A stretch of DNA of 64,000 nt, taken from positions 1-64,000 of IMG/VR virus record IMGVR_UViG_3300017963_000225. One strand, 5' to 3'. The notes under the pieces were generated by a model. That model worked only from the letters and a program-made list of their open reading frames with translations. It was not told the origin of the DNA and ran no database searches. The DNA is from a virus. Below, piece by piece: positions 54,363-62,400 of this stretch. The position numbers and the translations under genes were made by a program. Within the stretch, counting starts at the first letter, position 1. Each line of letters begins with the position of its first letter.

Positions 54363-54812
54363 TTATTTCGAGCCGAGAATCGCACTTACTAGCTTGTCTT
54401 TTGGTTGATCGACGTTTGCGATGCCCAGGCTGGCAGCCAGCTTCTTCAACTCTTCCGGCTTCGCCGCGTCGAGCTGCTCCTTCGTAAATTTCTCACTAGT
54501 AGCCACCTGCTTGCCTTGGGCTGTCGATTGAGGTTGAGCTTGCTGAGTGACAACCGGAGCGACCGGCGCCTTGACAATTGGCGGCTGTCCAACTTCTGCT
54601 CGCCGCATTTGTAGCGATGGCGCATCAGGCGGAAGGGATGAGAGGTTCGGACCACCGGACGACGTATTTGAAAAAGCATCCTGGACTTCCGAAGGAGGAA
54701 GCTCCTCCCCAGCGAAACGCCACAAATGTCCCTTGAGGGCATGCGTGGCGGTCGTCTTATCACCACGAAGCAAATCTTCTGACTTCAGTCCGAGGGCTGG
54801 GAACGCAAACAT
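54363..54812 (-). CDS. Post-capsid protein with C-terminal Rho-N/HeH-like motif
   Basis: LDAAKPEELKKLAASLGI......KDKLVSAIL. Confidence 0.6.
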   Translation of the reverse strand: MFAFPALGLKSEDLLRGDKTTATHALKGHLWRFAGEELPPSEVQDAFSNTSSGGPNLSSLPPDAPSLQMRRAEVGQPPIVKAPVAPVVTQQAQPQSTAQGKQVATSEKFTKEQLDAAKPEELKKLAASLGIANVDQPKDKLVSAILGSK

Positions 54813-54830
54813 GGGTGCTCTCCTAAGATG

Positions 54831-54860
54831 AAAGGCCGGGGGATCGTAGTCCCCCGGCCT
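54831..54860 (-). terminator. Intrinsic terminator after the major capsid gene
   Basis: AGGCCGGGGGA-CTACGA-TCCCCCGGCCT-TT. Confidence 0.7.
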
Positions 54861-54890
54861 GGTCTACCTAAATTACGACGTTAGGCCAGG

Positions 54891-56489
54891 TCAGGCTGGT
54901 CGATCAAGAAGAGGCTTCTTGATTTCGGTGCCGCCGACGTTGAGCCAAACCACGTTCACCCACGGACGCGGCACTTGCGGTGCCAGAACATGAGCGAACA
55001 GCTTGTTGGTATGCAGCCAACCAAGCTTGGCAAGGTCGAACTCGAAGAGGCCGGTGAGCTGGGCGAGCGCGACCGACGAGCGACCAACGGTGTACTCGTT
55101 GGTTGCCGAGGTCGGGACGCCGCCATCATCAATCGCTTGCGCGTTCGGCGAGTGGACATCAGATCCCCAAGCCCACGTCGTTCCCGGAATGTAGTCATCG
55201 CGATCGATGACGACGACCGGAGTCGTGTTGCCTGGAGCAATGCCGTTCGGGACCTCAAAAATGAAGACGGGATCGCGCAGGACCGGCTCCATAAAGGTGT
55301 CCGGCTGTGCAGGATCAGCAACGTATCCGCGATAGATGCGGAACGACTGCTCATCACCACGCGGGGTGATCGTGAACTCGATCGTCTTCCCTGCCTGCGC
55401 GTTGACGGCAGCGGACAGGTTGGAGGCGACCGATTCGCCGACTTCATTGACGGCGGTCATGTAATAGACCATGCCGGTCAAGCGCTCGCCAGAAGAGGCG
55501 AACTTGCCGGTGCCGGCGACGTTGACGGCCGGTTGAGTGACCGAGCCGGCGCCAGCGCCGCCAAAGGTGAATGCCGACGGTGCGCCCGGAATGGCGACCG
55601 TGTTCGGACCGCCCGTCCGCACGAGAGACGACAGAGCGTTCTCACGGCGGAAATAGACGATGTTTCCGTTGACCTTCACGCCATCGACCGATTGGCCGAT
55701 GATGAGGCCCTTGGTATTCGCCGCCGCAATGTTGCCCATCAGCGTGAAGCGCGCTGCGGGATCGAGGTTGGCCTCGATGTTCTCGGTCACTTCAGGAGCG
55801 CAATAGATGCGCTTCAGAACGCCGTGGCGCTTGTTGAAGGCGGTCGCCTGCGAGCGAATGCCCTTGGTGCCGTCCATCAGAAGCGGCTTGCCGCGCATGT
55901 CGATGAAAATGTCCGTGTTCGCAAATGGCACGGTGGCCAGCGGCGAGCGCGTCAATTCGTCGATGAGCTGCCAAACGCCTTTGAAGATGTTCGGGTCGGT
56001 CGAGAAGCGAGTGTCCGACTGGAAAAGCTCGACGTTGAGCTGGTACATCATGAGCAGGCGAACGACGAGATCGTTCGATGCCGCGATGTCCGGCTGTCCG
56101 AGCAGCTTCACCGTGTTTTGCAGCACGGTGAGGCCCTGGACGGCCGTCGTCTTGCCGTAGAGCTTGAGCTGGACTTGCTTCTTGGTTCCCTCGATGTTCG
56201 CCGAAGGCGGCAGCGAGTTTGGCGCGAACGCCAGCTTCGTCTTGTGGTTGCCGTAGCGATCAACCTGAGTGAACTCGTGGTTGACCTGCTGCGCTTGCTG
56301 CTTCGGAAGATCCTTGAGCAGCGTCATTTCTTGCCGGTCAGTCTCGGAATAAAGCTGGAGGTACGCTTCGTCCTCCAGGTCTTCCTTCATGAACGGCTGG
56401 ATGCTGGTGCCGGTCGCCGAATCGACCGACAGTGCTTTACGCACGAGGTCGAGAATCTGCGCGTCGGCCATGTTTGAAGAATTCAACAT
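54891..56489 (-). CDS. Major capsid protein (SPO1/Herelleviridae-like architecture with Ig-like insertion)
   Basis: Start reassigned to ATG 56489 (AGGAGG); protease-scaffold-MCP order; LVRKA near the N-terminus; E.LE, L.KDLPK..A....HEF, F.G..QLI, ID.RGK.L, YY.TAVN..GES. Confidence 0.88.
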   Translation of the reverse strand: MLNSSNMADAQILDLVRKALSVDSATGTSIQPFMKEDLEDEAYLQLYSETDRQEMTLLKDLPKQQAQQVNHEFTQVDRYGNHKTKLAFAPNSLPPSANIEGTKKQVQLKLYGKTTAVQGLTVLQNTVKLLGQPDIAASNDLVVRLLMMYQLNVELFQSDTRFSTDPNIFKGVWQLIDELTRSPLATVPFANTDIFIDMRGKPLLMDGTKGIRSQATAFNKRHGVLKRIYCAPEVTENIEANLDPAARFTLMGNIAAANTKGLIIGQSVDGVKVNGNIVYFRRENALSSLVRTGGPNTVAIPGAPSAFTFGGAGAGSVTQPAVNVAGTGKFASSGERLTGMVYYMTAVNEVGESVASNLSAAVNAQAGKTIEFTITPRGDEQSFRIYRGYVADPAQPDTFMEPVLRDPVFIFEVPNGIAPGNTTPVVVIDRDDYIPGTTWAWGSDVHSPNAQAIDDGGVPTSATNEYTVGRSSVALAQLTGLFEFDLAKLGWLHTNKLFAHVLAPQVPRPWVNVVWLNVGGTEIKKPLLDRPA

Positions 56490-56503
56490 CGTAACCTTCC
56501 TCC

Positions 56504-57445
56504 TTACGCCATGGCTTTCGCGAGGACCGTTGCGTCGCCAGCACGGCCACGCTTCCACTCCTCGTGAGTGATTTTTCCTTCTGCCTTCGCCTTCATGAGT
56601 GCATTGCGCTGATCGCCAGTCACAATGCGCCCGAGTGCATCAGGCTGAGCAGAAACCTGGACTTGATCTTGCGACACCGCAGCGATTGCGGGCGCCATGC
56701 CGGCAACCTTCGGCATGCCAGGAAGTTGAGAAATCGACTTCATCAGAGAGGTGTGCTCTCCGAGCGACTTCTCAAGGCGGTTTTGCTTCTCGATGACCGC
56801 CGTCAGCCCCTTTTGCAGGGAAATCAGCAGACGATCGCGACGAGGATCGGCCAGCTCCGCGAGCAGCTCGCCGAAGGTGGCAACGCCAGAACGAAGCTCT
56901 CTGACGGACTTGCCGAGGTATTCCACGGCATCGCCCATGCCTTCGAGGAATTCGGTGGCATCGACGCCACCTTCGTCCGCATCGTCGTCATCGACGACCT
57001 GCTCGCTTTTCTTCATCTTCTTCTTGCCCTTGGACTTGCCACGGCTGAAGAAGGCCGGCATGCCATCATCATCATCATCGTCGTCGTCGTCATCGGCGTC
57101 ATCGTCGCCCTTATTGACGATTTTCGAGGAGTCCTGATAGCCCTGTCCCGACTTCTTCGGGCTCTTGGCCGGGTCGTCCTCGGTGGCAATCACCTGGGAG
57201 CCGCTTCGTCCTTTGGCATCCAAGGTGTTGTCACTGCGCGGAGCGCCGTTGGCCTTGAAAAGAGCGCCGAGGCCCTCTTTCACGCCATCAACGATCGACT
57301 TGCGGATCAGGTCGGGAGTGACTTGCGCTCCAGCCTGATTTGCGTCCTGGCCGCCTTCGCCGCCAGTGTCACCTGCGGACTGATCCGCCGCAACTGCGGC
57401 GTCCATGTCCCGAATGGCTTTTTCAAGCAGATCCTCGTGGTCCAT
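56504..57445 (-). CDS. Capsid scaffolding protein
   Basis: Between protease and MCP; poly-Asp tract, coiled coil, many (L/M/I)xK(S/A) sites. Confidence 0.75.
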   Translation of the reverse strand: MDHEDLLEKAIRDMDAAVAADQSAGDTGGEGGQDANQAGAQVTPDLIRKSIVDGVKEGLGALFKANGAPRSDNTLDAKGRSGSQVIATEDDPAKSPKKSGQGYQDSSKIVNKGDDDADDDDDDDDDDGMPAFFSRGKSKGKKKMKKSEQVVDDDDADEGGVDATEFLEGMGDAVEYLGKSVRELRSGVATFGELLAELADPRRDRLLISLQKGLTAVIEKQNRLEKSLGEHTSLMKSISQLPGMPKVAGMAPAIAAVSQDQVQVSAQPDALGRIVTGDQRNALMKAKAEGKITHEEWKRGRAGDATVLAKAMA

Positions 57446-57478
57446 TTCTATAACCTCCTTGGGATATGGACGCTTATA

Positions 57479-58207
57479 TCAGCCAAACTTGGAAGCGAGG
57501 TAATTTTGTACCCGCAACCGAGCTTGGTCATGATTGTCTCCGTACTTACTCATCGCGTGCTCGACAAGCCCGTCCTCAAGGCTTGTCGATGTCACCGAAG
57601 CGAGTGGCGAGAAGGCTTTCTCGTAAAACTCATCGCGACAAAGAACTGGCATCTGTTTCATGAGGGATTTGGCGAGAACTGACACGGTGCAATTTGGATT
57701 TACGGGCCGGAAGGTAAGAGCGATGTTGTAAACGACGGCCTTTTGAACGTAGCGCCCGCATGGACTACGCTCCATGACCTTTCCCTCGATGGACTGACAC
57801 AATCCGCGATTCGTCCCTGCTTTTCTGAGCTGGGTGTGCTGCTGAATCACCATGTCTGTCGAGTAGCCTTCCCAGATCGGGAGGCCCTTGATGATTCGGC
57901 CTTCACTAAACCACTTGCCATCCTGAAACCAAGCCTTCTTTCCCCACGGAACACCAACGGTGGCGTGTGGAATATGGTTCCAGTTGAAATCGCCGTGCTC
58001 CATAAACGGCGAGAAGTCCAACCCCTTCTGGAGTATGACCTCTTTGTCCCGGTCTTTGTCTGGCGTCGAAGCAATACCCGTAAACGGATAGTATTTCGTG
58101 TCGCCTTGCTTTTGTTCGGACTTCAACATGAGCCCGTCGGGACAGAACGCAATGAAGGTCCCGTCACTCCTAACGTAAAGCCCATTGTCTTCGCCAACGT
58201 CGAACAT
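57479..58207 (-). CDS. Prohead protease
   Basis: FTGIASTPDKDRDKEVILQKGLDFS.F...G.FNWNH; SIEGKV..R; IALT.RPVNP. Confidence 0.9.
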   Translation of the reverse strand: MFDVGEDNGLYVRSDGTFIAFCPDGLMLKSEQKQGDTKYYPFTGIASTPDKDRDKEVILQKGLDFSPFMEHGDFNWNHIPHATVGVPWGKKAWFQDGKWFSEGRIIKGLPIWEGYSTDMVIQQHTQLRKAGTNRGLCQSIEGKVMERSPCGRYVQKAVVYNIALTFRPVNPNCTVSVLAKSLMKQMPVLCRDEFYEKAFSPLASVTSTSLEDGLVEHAMSKYGDNHDQARLRVQNYLASKFG

Positions 58208-58235
58208 TCAGTACCTACCTCTTGACCGGGACGAG

Positions 58236-58256
58236 CGATGCTTGATTCTAGCATCG
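58236..58256 (-). promoter_or_regulatory. Putative extended -10 promoter (TGCTAGAAT) within an inverted repeat, upstream of the head operon
   Basis: CGATGCT-N7-AGCATCG palindrome; lies just downstream of a terminator. Confidence 0.4.
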
Positions 58257-58280
58257 AAATGCTCAAATAAATCCAAGCAT

Positions 58281-58319
58281 AAAAAAAGAAATGCCCCCGA
58301 ATTCATAATTCGAGGGCAC
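58281..58319 (-). terminator. Intrinsic terminator ending the polyvalent-protein operon
   Basis: TGCCCTCGAATT-AT-GAATTCGGGGGCA-TTTCTTTTTTT. Confidence 0.8.
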
Positions 58320-58384
58320 TGGAGCAGAAAACTTATCCGCTTTCTTTAGAGCAATTTAGCCTTACCAAACCATCGGCGGCGTTG

Positions 58385-58621
58385 TCAAGCCCCGTGATAT
58401 CGCGCAAGCATCTCGAAGTTTTTTTTGATTTGCTTTAATCGACTGTTTTGAAGCCACGAGGGCTGGTTAAGCGTCCCGCCTTCAGAGAAATACTGGTTCC
58501 AACTCTCCAGAGTGATGTCGGCCACGCTCATCGGCCCCCGGTAGCCGACACTGATGGATTTGAGCAGTGAGCTTGGTGTGGGAAACTTGATCTTGAAGCG
58601 CATAGACAAGGCCCTCCTCAT
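58385..58621 (-). CDS. Small hypothetical protein
   Basis: ATGA coupling to the upstream gene; LLKS motif. Confidence 0.5.
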   Translation of the reverse strand: MRRALSMRFKIKFPTPSSLLKSISVGYRGPMSVADITLESWNQYFSEGGTLNQPSWLQNSRLKQIKKNFEMLARYHGA

Positions 58622-59433
58622 TCGTCGTAGTCGATGGACGGTGGCTTTTTGTGAACGCGCATAGCATTTCGCATGTAGGACTCGACGCCAGCCATGTTGA
58701 CCTCGCCATCGTTTTTAAGCGCCATGCGCCGCACGCAATAGTCAAACCACTTGGGGTGGTCACGGAAAAACGGCCGCGTGTGAGCCATCGATAGAGCTTT
58801 CCTGAGCGGCACCGTTGCGCCCTGCTTCTGCTCCATCATGGTGCGGAATGCCTGATTGAAGCGGTCTAGCGCCTCATGCTCCATGCCGGACGGGCCGTGC
58901 TCATAAGCCTTCTCAATGATCGCTCGGCAAAGGCCCTTAAAGCCAGTGCGCGGCACTTCATGCAACCTCTCGACATTGCCGAGGATTTTGCGACAAGCGT
59001 AAAGCAGGTGAGCGATGGGTTTTTTGGCGCGGCGAAACTGCTCGCCCACCCAAGCATCGCGATCGGTTTGCGACAGCCCCTTCGTCTCATTCCTGAGACG
59101 AGCCGCCCAAACCTCTCCAGCCTCGTGTTCCTTCTTGACCTTCTCCCACTTGCCCTTGCCGCGCTTGATATAAGTGCCGTCGGCGCGCTTTCTGACCGTG
59201 CCGACCGGCAGCGCCCTGGCCTTCTCGATCAGGTCGAGCTTCGAGTAGTAGTCAGGGTCCTCGGCAAGATGGTCCATGGCGATTTCGCGCGCCAACGCCC
59301 GATCCTTCGTGTGCTCCAGCTCGTGCTTGGTCCCTCGCGCAAGCTGGCCAGCGTCAAAGTCGCTCGGCTTACGCTTGTCGGCCTTGCCGCCTGGCAGGCG
59401 ATCTTTATAGCCGGCCTTGAGTAAAAACCGCAT
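58618..59433 (-). CDS. DUF5661-like putative internal head protein
   Basis: MRFLLKA start; QL.RG..HE.EHT.D...A.EIA.DHL.EDPDYY.KL; PVGT.R.RADG.Y.K motif. Confidence 0.7.
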   Translation of the reverse strand: MRFLLKAGYKDRLPGGKADKRKPSDFDAGQLARGTKHELEHTKDRALAREIAMDHLAEDPDYYSKLDLIEKARALPVGTVRKRADGTYIKRGKGKWEKVKKEHEAGEVWAARLRNETKGLSQTDRDAWVGEQFRRAKKPIAHLLYACRKILGNVERLHEVPRTGFKGLCRAIIEKAYEHGPSGMEHEALDRFNQAFRTMMEQKQGATVPLRKALSMAHTRPFFRDHPKWFDYCVRRMALKNDGEVNMAGVESYMRNAMRVHKKPPSIDYDE

Positions 59434-62400
59434 TCAGTCCTCCTCGTCCAGGCCGAGCGCCTTCTTGAGTTTTTTTCCGCCAACCGCTGTCTCAATAAAG
59501 ACAAGCTCGTCCATTGCGCGAGTGTAGGCGACGTACATAAGATTCTTCTCTTGCACTATCTCCCACGGCTTCTTTGCCATGCTAGACGGCATCAGGTGGT
59601 GGTTGAGGATAAACACACGCGGCGCCTCAAGCCCCTTGGCCTTATGCACCGAGGACAGGCGCAAAATGCTATCGCGTTTCTTGCCTTCGTCATCCTTGAA
59701 CATCGATTCGATTTCACGCACGAGCCCGTCAACGTCCTTGGCCTGACTTTCCGCCATGAACACCGAAAGGGTTTCAAACTTGTCCTCAATCGCCGTTGTG
59801 TCGGCGTCGGGATCTTTGAGTTTGAGCTTGTTGATTTCCCGCTTACTCCACTCGACCAGCTTACCTCCGAGGTCGTCGAGGCTCTTTGGCTTGAGCTTCT
59901 TAATGAGTGAGGTCATGCCCAAACCGATGTCACGCCCCATCACCTTGCACGGCACGCGCTCGCGCAGCAGCTTGTAGGCCATGCTGACCAGCGGCGCGTT
60001 GTTGCGGCAGACAATCATATCGGTCTGCTTGAAGTCCTCGATCTTGAACTTGGTGCCGAGGTCTTTGATCTCGCCTGGCTGAGCATCGGGACGCGGCTTG
60101 ATGCCTGGAACGATTGTCTGAGCCAGCTCGATGATTTTCTTGCCGCAGCGGTAGGAAATCGGCAGCTCGAACACCTTAGCGTTGAACTGCTTGCGGATCA
60201 GGTCGAGGCTCTCGGGGTTGGCACCACGGAAGCCGTAAATGGCCTGATGCGGGTCGCCGACCGCCACGACGCGCGTTTTGGTGTCGGTCGAACGCCGGAT
60301 CGCCTCGCGCTGAATGTCGGACACGTCCTGCGCCTCGTCAACGAACAGAAAGTCGTACTTGGCCCAAGGCGTGTTGTAGATGATCGGCATATAGAACTGG
60401 TCGTCGAAGTCGATCACGTCCTTTTGCATAATGGACTTCTCAAGCGCCAGGCGCGACAGGCGGATAGCATGCTCGACCGTCTGCGGGTAGTCGATTTCAA
60501 TCGAGAAGTGCTCGATGAGATTTTCCCACTGCTCCCTGGTGTCGGGCACGAGCCCCTTGATGCCGTGTGCGGCAAGCGAGGCTGGCGCCAGGCCCATCTG
60601 CTTGGCCTTGGATACCATGCTTTTCACCGTCCCGAAGTATGTCTTGTCCTCGGGACCTTGCAGCATGTCGCGTAGGATAGCGCTGGTCTTGGTGCCCTTC
60701 TCGACCTTGACCCGGTTGTAGCCGCCCATGAAACGCGCCCATGAGGCAAAGCCAAGCGCGTTGAGTGTCCGCACCGCCTTCTGATCGACAGCCCACTGCG
60801 GGACACGGCCGAGCAGCTCGTCGCGAGCCGAGGTGTTGAAGGCCAGGAAGATGATCGACTTGTCGCGTGGGATAACGTCGAGCGCCCGCACGATCGTGGC
60901 CGTCTTACCAGATCCGGCCTTAGCATCAATCATCGCGTTGCCGCTGCCCTTCTCGATCCAATCGAAAATCGCCTGCTGATATGGCGACGGCTTGAACGGT
61001 TTTTTTGGCTCATGTCCCGGAGCGTCTTTGGGCTCAGGATCGACCGGAACCTTGGGCTCGGGTTCTTGAGATGGCGGCGGCAAAACAACGGCGGGTTGCA
61101 TGGTGGGAGCCTCCTGCTTAGGCGGCTCCTTCTTCGGAGCCGGTGGTTTTTCTGCGGGTTGTTTTACCGTGCCGGCCTCCTGTTGTCTACGCTTGGCCTT
61201 GGCCTTCAAAGCTTGCGTAACGAGGTCGTCAGGTTGTTTCTTCTTATCAAGCCTCTTGTCATCCCAAGCGACAGCTTCCTCGAACGTGACCTCGCGGCCG
61301 GCTTGTTTCATAAGCTTGGCCAGGTGACGCTTGGCCATCGCGATATTTTGCTGCTCCTCGCGCGGCGACGCCTCGCCGTCTCGTGACGTGCGCTCGGGCT
61401 CCAGCTCCAGGTGAGCGTGCCAAATTTTCTCCATCAGCTCATCGCTGATCTCTTCCTTCTTTGACTTAGCCTTTTTTGGCTCAGCCTTCTTCTTCGGCTC
61501 GGGCTTGGCGGTGGCCTCGACGCGCTTCTTACCCTGCTCGTGCAGCAGGTCGTGGTAGCGCATCACCGTTTCATGGATCTTGCCGGCGGTCTTTTCCCAG
61601 CCGCTGTTCTTCCAGTCGTCGTCGCCGAACATTTCCGAAAAATACTCATGGTGATCGTCGGGGGAGGTCGAGTGCGGGTGAATGTCTTTCTTGTGAAGGT
61701 GATTGGCCCAATGCTTGACACCGGCTGTGAACTCTTTCTTGATCGCAGCGTAGTCCTTGCGTTTCTTGTAGCCACCGGCCTCAAGCGTCTTCTCGGCAAG
61801 GCGCGGCAGGTGCTCTTTCTGCCACTTGTGGTCGTCCACCTTGACGTAGGTGCCGTCTGCCCACTTGCGGCGGGTGCCGACCGGCGCCTTCCTGGCCTTG
61901 AAGAAAAACCGCACGAGCCCGCCTCGCGGCTCGATAGCTGGCGGATCGACAAGCTTGATGCCGATCCGTGCGACGACAGCCTTCCTGATCTTGTCGTGCT
62001 TCAAAATGTACTCCATCAGCTCCGCGATGCGTTCTTTGTACTTCCAATCGGGAGCGTCCGCGTGTTTGGGGTCGTCCTTGGTGTAATAAAGCGCATGCGG
62101 CACGAAGTTGTCGATGTAGCTCTTGTCGATCTTGCCAGCGGCAATCAACTCCTCGGCCTTCACCAAGCCATACACCTCAAAGGCTCGCGCAAATACCTCG
62201 GTCGGCTTGTTCAAGTAAGCACTGAACGACTGTCCCATCATTTTGCCTTTGTGCGACCACTGGTAGTAGGGCGTCGAGCGCACTAGCTCCAGCATCTCTT
62301 TGTACTTGGCCTTCAGCTCAGGATCGCTGGCAATGGCGGCCGAGCGCGGCGTGCTGTCAGTTCCCTCGTGCATGGCATAGTCGATGGCGTGTCCAAGCTC

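Noticed and set aside
57062-57108. (TCA/TCG)n trinucleotide run as a regulatory microsatellite
   Set aside because: Encodes the poly-Asp tract of the scaffold with mixed GAT/GAC codons
54975-57682. Long plus-strand ORFs (500 aa and 372 aa)
   Set aside because: Antisense shadows of the capsid and scaffold genes caused by GC-rich codon bias; no motifs or SD sequences
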